From positions 27,652,001 to 27,716,000 of the forward strand of contig OX597832.1 of NCBI GenBank assembly GCA_951406725.2: DNA of 64,000 nucleotides, read 5' to 3'. Below, piece after piece: positions 52,274-64,000 of this stretch. The notes below the pieces were generated by a model, which did not search any database, was not told the origin of the DNA, and saw only the letters and a list, made by a program, of their open reading frames with translations. Positions within the stretch are counted from its first letter, which is position 1; every line of letters starts with the position of its first letter. Source of the DNA: Octopus vulgaris (Eukaryota). The position numbers and the translations under genes were made by a program.

Positions 52274-52591
52274 CAGTGGTTCTCAACCATTTTTTTTTAC
52301 CTGTGAACTCCCTTGGTCACTATTTTACTCTGGTAGACCCCACTCCCTAGCCATTCCATGGTTTGCCATAGAACTCTCTGAGAGGATATGTTTCAATGGC
52401 CAGAAATAGGGAGAACTACATAAAACATTAGACAAAGAAATTGAGCTGTGTCTTGCAATAAAGACATCGAAAGCAAAATTTTCCAAGGACTCTTAAAATA
52501 ATACCGTGGACCTCCAATTTGACTTGCGTGGACACCCCAAAATCTCATATGGACCCTCAGGTATCAGATGGACACTTACTGAGAACCATTG
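52274..52591. mobile_element. hAT (Charlie-like) MITE, old
   Basis: CAGTGGTTCTCAACC...TGAGAACCATTG; no recognisable TSD. Confidence 0.55.
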
Positions 52592-52712
52592 CACAAGGAC
52601 AACACTGTCGCAACAAATAGAAACCACCCTTCAAAACACCCGGCGGCGACAGTGGTGGTGGTGGTGGTGGTATTTCTACAAGTCATAGTATTGTGCACGG
52701 CTGGTGATGTTG

Positions 52713-53233
52713 GCCGCCGCCTCCGCCACCACCGCCGCCGCCGTCACCGCCGCCTCCTCCTCCGCCGTCACCGCCGCCTCCGCCGCCACTGCCGTCACCG
52801 CCGCCTCCGCCGCCACTGTCGTCACCGCCGGCTCCGCCTCCACCTCTGCCGTCACTGCTGTCACCGCCGCCACTGCCGTCACCGCCGCCTCCGCCGCCAC
52901 CGCCGTCACCGCCGGCTCCGCCTCCACCTCTGCCGCCACTGCTGTCACCGCCGCCACTGCCGTCAGCGCCGCCTCCGCCGCCACCGCCGTCACCGCCGGC
53001 TCCGCCTCCACCTCTGCCGCCACTGCTGTCACCGCCGCCACTGTCGTCACCGCCGGCTCCGCCTCCACCTCTGCCGCCACTGCTGTCACCGCCGCCACTG
53101 CCGTCACCGCCGCCTCCGCCACCACTGCCGTCACCGCCGTCTCCACTGCCACCGCCGCCACCGCCGCCGCCACCTCCGCCGCCGCCGCCGTCACCTCCGC
53201 CACCGCCGCCGCCACCGCCGCCGCCTCCGCCGT
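52713..53233. repeat. GC-rich triplet array with 84-bp higher-order unit
   Basis: GGCTCCGCC at 52830, 52914, 52998, 53055. Confidence 0.92.
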
Positions 53234-54614
53234 CAGTGTTGTCGGTAAGAGTGTTACCTGTTACAGGTAAGCGTTATCGCTCTTTCCCAAAACACAGTTT
53301 TTTTCGTACTTTTAATTATCCAGACATACATACACACGCGCACACAAACATATATATACCTATATATATTTATACGCATGCTTGTGTGTAAGTGTGTGTG
53401 TGTGTGCGTGTGTGAATACGCATAAACACACACATATATGTTTGTGCGTACGTGTGTGTATACGTATATATATTCACACACACATATCCGTATATACATA
53501 TATATGTGTGTATATAAATGTATATGTGTGTGTATGCATGTATGTATGTATGTATGTGTGTGTATGTGTGTGTATGTATGTGTGTGCGTGTGTGTGTGTA
53601 TGTATGTATGTATGTATGTATGTATGTGTGTGTGTCTGTATGTATGTATGTGTGTGTGCGTGCGTGTGTGTATGTGTGTGTGTGTGTGCGTATCCATGTG
53701 TATGTGTTCGCGGCTTCCTTTTCTTCTGTTCTCTATTCCAGTCCCTGAAAGGTTAACCGGATGTAGAAAACACCAAAAAACAACAACAAAAAAACAACAA
53801 AAAAAAAAGAATTACAAAAACACGACAATAACAAAAGAAAAAAAAATAGTGAAAGCAAAAATCTAACAAAATGTAACAAAAAAAAACACACAACTGATGT
53901 CAAATGACTTGAATGAAATGTTCTCAAGGAACACTTCGGTTTGAGGGTAAACAAGGTAGGTGTCGCTGCTGTTGTTATGTATTGTGTACAGTTGGAAAGT
54001 TGTGACCTGGAAAATACCAATCGACATCGAGATACTGTTGTTGTTGTTTTGTTGTTTTATTTCAGGCAATGGCTGTCTCGGTCTTCTGTGTGTGTGTTTG
54101 TATTTGTGTATATCTGTATGTGCATAGGAGGAAGTATTAACTTTGCCTATACACACACACATACATACATGTATACATGTGTGCAGTCGTACATGTATGT
54201 GCATAGCTACAAATCACATTCGCATAGTGAAACACAAACATTCGCAACTATACTGTATACGACTTCTTGGACATCTCCGTAGTCCTCAAGGCAGGAAAAG
54301 CTTAATGAGGAAACTTTATGCATGCGTAGTAACCTCGACCACTACCTTACGTTAATTAAACATCTAGTAGCGGTTATTAGTAGAACAATCTCTAATTTAT
54401 AGTCTGTCAGAGATATCAACAACATCGCGCATCATGAAAACAATCAAATAGGAATAAAATTAATGAACCGAGTCAGGGTACATAAACAACAAATCAAGGA
54501 TCTCTCTGTTGTAACAGTGTTCCATGTAATCGGCGTTAAGACATCTATGCGAATAGGAAATTCAAAATCTTGTCATACAGGAAGAAGATGAGCAAATACA
54601 TCATGCAAAGAAAT

Positions 54615-55039
54615 ACTTTACTCTTTTTTTTTTTTTTTTTTTACTTGTTTCAGTCATTTTGATTGCGGCCATGCTGGAGCACCGCCTTTAGTCGAGCAAA
54701 TCGACCCCGGGACTTATTCTTTGTAAGCCCAGTACTTATTCTATCGGTCTCTTTTGCCGAACCGCTAAGTGACGGGGACGTAAACACACCAGCATCGGTT
54801 GTCAAGCAATGCTAGGGAACAAACACAGACACACAAACATATTTACACACACTTATATATATATATACATATATACGACAGGCTTCTTTCAGTTTCCGTC
54901 TACCAAATCCACTCACAAGGCATTGGTCGGCCCGGGGCTATAGCAGAAGACACTTGCCCAAGATGCCACGCAGTGGGACTGAACCCGGAACCATGTGGTT
55001 GGTTAGCAAGCTACTTACCAAACAGCCACTCCTGCGCCT
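54615..55039 (-). mobile_element. tRNA/CORE-like SINE
   Basis: Full-length copy. Confidence 0.88.
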
Positions 55040-55332
55040 GTAAAGATTTCCAACATAAAACTAAGCTGGAAATAGTGACCACTGCTGTCTACTATAATTA
55101 CTGCTGAACGGATAACAACACGGGGAATTTTGGTTCATATCATGTGTTTCAAAACTGAAGATAGCGCTTACACACAAACATTCCCTTCATATTTTCCATA
55201 AGGTCTGTGTTAATTTTGAGATTTTGTAAGATAATCATTAATCAAAAAAATATTTTTGAGTATGTGCAGGTGTGTGTGTATGTATGTACGTATGTATACA
55301 TTTATGTTCACATATACCAATTATTATTTGAA

Positions 55333-55632
<300 letters not shown>

Positions 55633-55892
55633 GACAGACAGGGGAGAGAGAGAGAGAGAGAAAGAAAGTGTGTATGTGTATGAGGGAAGAAACAGACAGA
55701 CAGACAGACAGACAGACAGAGATGCTCTCACACACGTATGTATGTATGTATGTATGCATACATACATAAAGAGAGAGAAAGAGACATGGAGAAGCATAAG
55801 TGTATATGTGTGTGTGTGTGTAGGTGAGTATTTTAATTATTTGCGTGTTTATGTACGTGTGTTTTTAATTATGTGTGCGTGTGTGTGTGTGC

Positions 55893-55942
<50 letters not shown>

Positions 55943-56520
55943 GCAGAGAGGGTGAGACGGAACGAGAAAATCAGAGGAAAAATGGTTAGAAAGAGAATAA
56001 AATGGAAAATTAGAAGCAGTCGTCTCTTCTACACACACACACGCACGCACACACACAATTGCATAAGCACACAGACACACATATGCACATACAGTAACAT
56101 CTACATACACATACATACATACATACATATACATATATACACACATGCATACAACAGCGTTCATACATATATCTACATATACATATATCGCATGCACACC
56201 TACATATATACACACACCGCTTCGTGTACATACACACACAGACACATTCACACAGTCACATGAACACCTAAATATATATATACATATATATATACACGCA
56301 AACACATACGTACAATAAACAGCAGCATGTATACACACACGTATTCAGTGGCACGCGCATACATACACATATATATATTTTCACGTGCACACATACTTAC
56401 ACGTACATGCAGTGGCACGTAGACGCACACATATATACACACACACACAGAGCAGCATGGAAACACTCACTCGCAAACACATACATATACACATGCATAA
56501 TGTTGCACACATGCACGCAA

Positions 56521-56760
56521 ACTCATGCACATATATAGAATTGGGCACAGCCACATATACATACAGTTGCATTCACACACACTCATACACATATACAGAA
56601 TTGGGCACAGCCACATATACATACAGTTGCATTCACACACACTCATACACATATACAGAATTGGGCACAGCCACATATACATACAGTTGCATTCACACAC
56701 ACTCATACACATATACAGAATTGGGCACAGCCACATATACATACAGTTGCATTCACACAA
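56521..56760. repeat. 60-bp minisatellite x4
   Basis: Units 2-4 essentially identical; unit 1 has two substitutions. Confidence 0.95.
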
Positions 56761-57997
56761 AAACACTCACACACGCACATACACAGTGTTGCATGCAATG
56801 ATTCCGGGCAAGTTAGACAGCTGAAGACCTACAGAACACAAGAGATGTCAGGGAAGCAGGAATGTATGATTCCAAGAAAACAGGAGACCTGCCTGAATGG
56901 CAAGTGTAGGCAGTGTCATGCTAACCATCGAATTGAAGCTTGCAACGGTTTCCATGTTGTAAATCTATATTTATTGTCAATGTTTGTGGAAAGCCATCAA
57001 CAACGAGTTGTAACGAGAGCAGCGCTCAAAGTGACAGAGATATAATTGGTTGCCATTAAAACTGGATGTCGAAGCTGGCAGAGAACTGGACAACGAAATG
57101 CGAGGGCGGTAATTTATTAAAGCCAGGAACTGGCTGTGGATTGTCAAGTATTCTGTAATCGAGACGCTTAACTGTCAGCAGCACAGTCTACCTAGCTGTA
57201 AGTAGGGACCACAGTGTGGTTTAGTTAACTGTTCTGTGTCCATGACCAACACACTTAACTGTAAACAGCACAGTCTACTTAGCGGATTACATCGACCCCA
57301 GTGCGTAACTGGTACTTAATTTATCGACCCGAAAGGATGAAAGCCAAAGTCGACCTCGGCGGAATTTGAACTCAGAACGTAACGGCAGACGAAATACGGC
57401 TACGCATTTCGCTCGGCGTGCTAACGTTTCTGCCAAGATAACCATGACCTTTGATTGGTGACGGGTTCGACCACAAACAGAAAGAGAAAGCTTGCTCCTC
57501 GGCCAGTCGCCGAAAGACCGAAAGGGAGCAACTGATATTTTCTTGTGTATTTGCAATTTTGCTAATTTAAGTCAACCAAGAAAAATAGGAATTCTTCACA
57601 ATTTCAGTTTTGGCCCGTGAATGCCTCAAAAAGGTCTGAGAGGTCAGTTCATTCTCATTAATCTCTCAGTGCCAAAATGCTAACACAATGGGCCGAGAAA
57701 TTGTTCGACAATGTGAAAAAACATGGATTCAGTTTCGAATCCTGGCTTAGATGTTTTGTAGCTGTCCGTTACACCACGACCAACACATGTAACTATCAAC
57801 AGTGCAGTCCATCTAGGTGTAAATAGGTACCCCAGTATGGTACCTACATACCCTATCTTACCAAGCAATGGTGTGCAATATGGCATTAAAGGTTCATATT
57901 TTTAGACTCGGGTTTCTTTTCTATAGAAACTCGGTGGTTTGAGTAACGGGCGTTTTCACCAGGACATTTCTTGCATGGGAGAGTTTTACCAAAGAGA

Positions 57998-58388
57998 GCG
58001 GCGAACTGGCAGAAACGTTAGCACGCCGGGCGAAATACTTAGCGGTATTTCGTCTGCCACTACGTTCTGAGTTCAAATTCTGCCGAGGTCGACTTTGCCT
58101 TTCACCCTTTCGGGGGTCGATTAAATAAGTACCAATTACACACTGGAGTTGATATAATCGACTTAATCCGTTTGTCTGTCCTTATATGTCCCTTCTGTGT
58201 TTAGCCCCTTGTGGGTAGTAAAGAAATAGGTATTTCGTCTGCCGCTACGTTCTGAGTTCAAATTCCGCCGAGGTCGACTTTGCCTTTCATCCTTTCGGGG
58301 TCGATAAATTAAGTACCAGTTGCGTACTGGGGTCGATCTAATCGACTAGACCCCTCCCCCAAAATTTTGGGCCTTGTGCCTAGCAGTA
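57998..58388 (+). mobile_element. Meta-like SINE, dimer with alternative terminal tail
   Basis: Junction GAAATAGGTATTTC around 58229. Confidence 0.8.
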
Positions 58389-59164
58389 TTACCAAGGCAA
58401 CCAGAGCTCAGGTATCTTTGCTGGGCACTGCTGGACTCTTTGGGACATGGACAACCGAAAATCAAAACGAACCTGGTTTTTAAACTTTGCGTATGCCTTT
58501 CCGATTCGTACTGCAGTAAATACGAAGCTAGGTAGGACTTCAAGAATTAAATTGCAGACCACACATAAAACCTGGCTTTGCAGAGGAATAATTCAAATTT
58601 ATTTCGATTCGGCAAACACAAAAATACCAGGAGAATCATGTATTTCCATTCTTGTAACGCGAAAAAATATCTGTGTGTGTGTGTGTGTGTTTCGTCCCCA
58701 CTGCAAGCAGAAAGAATATCAAACACACACATACTCATTCACAAACATACACACACACACACACACATACACACACACACACACACACACATGCACACGC
58801 ACACACGTCTATACTGAATCCTCAACTCCGTATTAAACAGAAGATATTTAAATATTTTCAACACATACCTTATGTGAATCAGAAATTTGCAATTTATATT
58901 TAATCTTAGAAACGTGTGCCGTAGTTAAATGTTGCACTAAAATTGCTAATTAATTGCCGGCAGCATGTTAAGACGATGTCTGTTTGTGTGTGTGTGTTGT
59001 ATGTGCATTGATTGCATTATATGTCTACGTGCATGTGCATCCTGTTTGCACCTTAAAATTTCAAACACACACACACACGCACACGCGCACTCGCAAGAGC
59101 GCAAAAACGGATGTATGTGTACACATAAAAACATACGCATATCCCACACATATGTATATGCGTA

Positions 59165-59263
<99 letters not shown>

Positions 59264-59277
59264 AATAAATATATATA

Positions 59278-59311
<34 letters not shown>

Positions 59312-59331
59312 CATGTATGTATATATGTATG

Positions 59332-59370
<39 letters not shown>

Positions 59371-59385
59371 ATGTATGTATGTATG

Positions 59386-59417
<32 letters not shown>

Positions 59418-59620
59418 TGTATATATATATATATGCACGTAGGTATATGTCTGTGTATGTGTACATATATCTAATATATGTGTCTTTGTGTGTATGTATG
59501 TATGCACGTATGTATGTATATATGTAAGCATGCATGTATGTGTGTGTATGTATGCATGCATGTATGTATATATGTATGCATTCACGTATGTATGTATGCA
59601 AGCACGCATGTATGTATGTA

Positions 59621-60990
59621 CAGGGTGCGGACGGTATTTGAAGACAGATTGATTTATGCGTTTACAAATAAACGCTTATATAATAAGGAGAAAAATAGCT
59701 GTATTTTTATTAAAAAATAACACAAACATAAAGCTAAATTATCAATTTAATAATCTCATTCAATAAAACCACCCGAAGCATCAATAACTGCCACTACCCG
59801 GGGTCGAAATCGTGTACAAGCTCGGATTAAGTGGTTCTTGTTCATATCAGACATGACTCAAACTATGGCAGCTTTCAAAGAATCTTTGGTGCTATGGGAG
59901 TGTTTATTGACATCTTTCTCAACGATCTCCATACCTTAGTAGTCCTGTGGATTGAGATCTGGAGAATTAGGGGGCCAAATGTTGGGGGTGACGTGATCAT
60001 GCAAATTGTCGGGCATCCATTCTTGTGTCATTTGAGCCTTGTGTGATGGTGCAAAATCTTGTTGAAAGACATAAGGTCTTCCATTGCATACACTGTTGAT
60101 CCAAAGCTTAACAACTTTATCCAGAACCTCAATAGGCGTAGGAGTGGCTGTGTGGTAAGTAGCTTGTTTACCAACCACATGGTTCCGGTTCAGTCCCACT
60201 GCGTGGTACCTTGGGCAAGTGTCTTCTACTATGGCCTCGGGCCGACCAAAGCCTTGTGAGTGGATTTGGTAGACGGAAACTGAAAGAAGCCCGTCGTATA
60301 TATGTTTATATATGTATATGTATGTGTGTGTGTATATGTTTGTGTGTCTGCGTTTATCCCCCCAGCATCGCTTGACAACCGATGCTGGTGTGTTTACGTC
60401 ACCGTAAATTAGCGGTTCGGCAAAAGAGACCGAAGTACTAGGCTTACAAAGAATAAGTCCTGGGGTCGATTTGCTCGACTAAAGGCGGTGCTCCAGCATG
60501 GCCACAATCACATGACTGAAACAAGTAAAAGAGTAAAGAGTATACGTAGCAGCATTCACCCTAAGGCCTTGTGGAAAAAAAGTGAGGAAGCATCACACGT
60601 CCTTCATTGCTAATAACACCCAAAAACCATGTCACTTGCCGGAAATTTTGTGTGCAATTATGCTCTTGGAACCTAGAAGGGTTTGCACATAGCTATCATT
60701 TTTTTCTGTTAGTTTTCTGGTCCTGGTCAAAGTTTTTCTCATCTGAGAAAAACCAAATCACACCATGTTGTGATGGATTTTAAAGTTTGTTCAAAAGTCC
60801 TTTGGGTCTGATCACACGGTTTTCTTTTTGTTTTTTTTTCTGACATGAATTGACCTCACCTCATCACGTAAGATCCATAGGGCTTTTGCTTTGTGGGTCC
60901 GAAACCTTGGGTAACTCTATATAAAATTTTGTTGTAATAATTACTGCTCTATATTTTTTTAGAGGGTGCTTCTTTCTGATCTATGATTTT
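59621..60990 (-). mobile_element. Decayed DD37D (maT) transposon with SINE insertion
   Basis: TA|CAGGGTG end; FQQD-FAPSH...WPPNSPDLNPQ-DY with 37 residues between the two Asp. Confidence 0.8.
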
Positions 60991-61406
60991 TTTTATTAAC
61001 TATACTCTTACTCTTTACTCTTTTACTCTCTTTTACTTGTTTCAGTCATTTAACTGCGGCCATGCTGGAGCACCGCCTTTATTCGAGCAAATCGACCCCA
61101 GGACTTATTCCTTGTAAGCCCAGTACTTATTCTATCGGTCTCTTTTACCGAACTGCTAAGTGACGGGGACGTAAACACACCAGCATCAGTTGTCAAGCAA
61201 TGCTAGGGGGACAAACACAGACACACAAACACACACACGCATATACATATATATATATATATATATATACGACAGGCTTCTTTCAGTTTCCGTCTACCAA
61301 ATCCACTCACGAGGCATTGGTCGGCCCGGGGCTATAGACAGTCAAGATGCCACGCAGTGGGACTGAACCCGGAACCATATGATTGGTTAGCAAGCTACTT
61401 ACCACA

Positions 61407-61486
<80 letters not shown>

Positions 61487-61620
61487 CGGGCTTCAGTCAA
61501 CCAAATCCACTCACAAGGCTTTGGTTGGCCCGAGGCTATAGTAGAAGACACATGCCCCAGGTGCCATGCAGTGGGACTGAACCCAGAACCATGTGGTTGG
61601 TTAGCAAGCTTCTTGCCAGA
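60133..61620. mobile_element. tRNA/CORE-like SINE cluster (60133-60541 +, 61003-61409 -, 61483-61620 - partial)
   Basis: Same family motifs. Confidence 0.85.
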
Positions 61621-61649
61621 CAATAAACAGCCACTGCTACACAATAAAC

Positions 61650-62355
61650 ACCACCACCACCACCATCATCATCATTACCACCACTAACACTACCGCATAT
61701 ACCATCAAAACCACCATCACCACTGTCAACGCCGCCAACTCCGCCATCAAAACTACTATCACCATCACAACAACCACAACAGCCGCCACCATCATCAACA
61801 TCGTCATCGTCGTCGTCGTCGTCGTCATCATCACCACCACCACCACCACCACCATCATCATCACCACAATCACCACCACCACCACCATCACCGCCACCAC
61901 CACCAGCATCATCGTCATCATCATCACCACAATAACCACCACCACAATCACCATCATCATCATCATCACAACCATTACCACATTCACCATCTCCGTTAAT
62001 CACCACCACAACCACCTCCTCAAGCATAACAACCATCGTTTAATTAATTACCAATATCTCTAACGACCACCACCACTAGCGGGAGCGCCACACCAACAAT
62101 CGACACCCCCCCACCTCCATCACCACCACTACCATCCCCCACCATCATCACCATCACCACCCTCATCGTCACAAACCACGAACCTTATGCCTTAGCCTTC
62201 GCTACCACCACCACCAACAACAACAACAACAATCCCGTTACCATCCACCCCTATCGTCAACACCACCCGCCACCATCACCACCATCACCTCCATCCCCCC
62301 GTCGTTATGATCCCCTCACCCCACCCCCCCGTCATCCACCCCCACCCCCACCCCG
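61650..62355. repeat. CAC/CAT-rich triplet low-complexity tract
   Basis: Direct inspection. Confidence 0.9.
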
Positions 62356-62813
62356 TTCTGTGACACGTAAGCCTTGCTGCAGAAAAAGTTAACGTGGCAA
62401 CTAACTGTTGGTTGACATCTTCTTGGAGGGTGTGTGTGTGTGTGCATGCATGCATGCGTACGTATATGTGTGTGTGTATGAATATGTGTGTGTATATATG
62501 CGTGTGTGTGTGTGTGTGTGTAAGAATATGTGTGTATATATGCGTGCATGTGTGTGAGTGCGTGTGTGTTAGTAAATATACATATATGCATGTGTGTATG
62601 TGTGTGTATATATATATATATATATATAGATAGATAGATAGATAGATAGATATACGTGTGTGATATACGTGTGTGAGTATATATATATGTGTGTGTATGT
62701 ATATGTCTGTGTATATATATATGCGTGTGCGTATGTAAGAATATGTGTGTATATATGCGTGCGTGTGTGTGAGTGAGTGTGTGTAAATATACATATATGC
62801 ATGTGTGTGTATG

Positions 62814-62849
<36 letters not shown>

Positions 62850-63074
62850 GATATACGTGTGTGAATATATATATATATGTGTGTGTATGTATATGTCTGT
62901 GTATATATGCGTGTGTGTGCGTGTGTATCTAAATATATATACGTGTGTGTGTGTGCGTGTGTGTGTACATGCAAACGCATATATGTGTGCATATGTATAT
63001 ATACATACACATATATGTTTGTGTGTGTATATGTTTAGATATATGTGTACGTATATGTATATGTATGTTTATAG

Positions 63075-63114
<40 letters not shown>

Positions 63115-64000
63115 TTATACATACATACATATATATTGTGTGTGCGTATGTATATGTGTATATATTTATAATATAATATATATATATGCATGTGTGTGTG
63201 TCTGTGTAGCTGTTTATATATATATATATATGTATATGGTATGAGTGTGTATGCGTATGTACATGTCTGAGTATACATGCATCAATGTGTCGTTTGTGGT
63301 TGTACGTGTATGCGTGCGGAACTCCATCCAACTTTTAATCTTGAAATTCGCGTAAGCGCGCCAATGTGTGTGTGTGTATTTAGAAGTATAAGACTTTTGG
63401 TCTCTCGTTACGGCCAGTCTTGCCTCCTCCTCTCTCTCTCTCTCTCTCCCTTCCAATCGACGTTCACCACCACACCACCACCTATTTCTTTACTACCCAC
63501 AAGGGGCTAAACACAGAGGGGACAAACAAGGACAGACAAACGGATTAAGTCGATTATATCGACCCCTGTGGTTAACTGGTACTTAATTTATCGACCCCGA
63601 AAAGGATGAAAGGCAAAGTCGACCTCGGCAGAATTTGAACCCAGAACGTAGCGGCAGACGAAATACCGCTAAGCATCTCGCCCGGCGTGCTAACGCTTCT
63701 GCCAACTCGCCGCAACCACACCACCACCGTCACCACCACCGCCACCACCACCACAGACTCCGACTCACGGGCGATCCATGTGGACATTAACCACGCTGAT
63801 CCCGGAAATCCGACAGTGGCGGCGGGCGTGGGGCGTATGAAGATCTTGGGCCCTTTTCCTTGTGCGCCCGTCTGAACGCTAATAAAAGTTTGTCCTTCGC
63901 TTTCGATCTTTAACTCCCACCCTTATATATATCCCCGACGATGCTGATATATATTCCATGACGCTCCTACCGTGACCTTAACATTTTTTTGTGTTTCTAC

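Noticed and set aside
5079-55107. Recurrent ORF RQASFSFRLPNPLTR...GTEPGTMWLVSKLL as a gene family
   Set aside because: Antisense translation of the SINE head; frame varies with microsatellite length.
56845-57045. Cys-containing 66-aa ORF
   Set aside because: No clear splice frame or domain; may be a transposase relic but cannot be supported.

Overview
AT-rich, microsatellite- and SINE-dense eukaryotic DNA, most likely an octopod cephalopod such as Octopus (inferred from repeat content, not proven). The left half (31279 down to 323) holds 14 minus-strand coding exons with GT-AG boundaries and matching phases. Together they give 7702 nt (2567 codons) of a bark beetle/anakonda-like protein: signal peptide, three tandem [beta-helix-SRCR-CUB-like-beta-helix] modules, then a C-type-lectin-like domain. 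The 3' end of the gene lies left of the window. The right half has no supportable intact protein gene. It holds tRNA-derived SINEs, Helitrons, MITEs, decayed LINE/Gypsy/Tc1-mariner fossils and simple repeats. Best leads: (1) a SINE that forms head-[184 bp]n multimers with one base-precise, self-complementary junction; (2) three minimal hammerhead-ribozyme motifs in Penelope-like repeats in bark intron 1; (3) a fixed-length 555-bp element found only in (TAA)n, once stacked with Dong/R4 LINE pieces; (4) Helitrons with swapped internal cargo and a duplicated 3' end; (5) a phase-1 intron after each of the three CUB-like modules; (6) an ATG-initiated Ala/Thr repeat ORF ending at splice donors. All family names come from motif recall; no database search was run.
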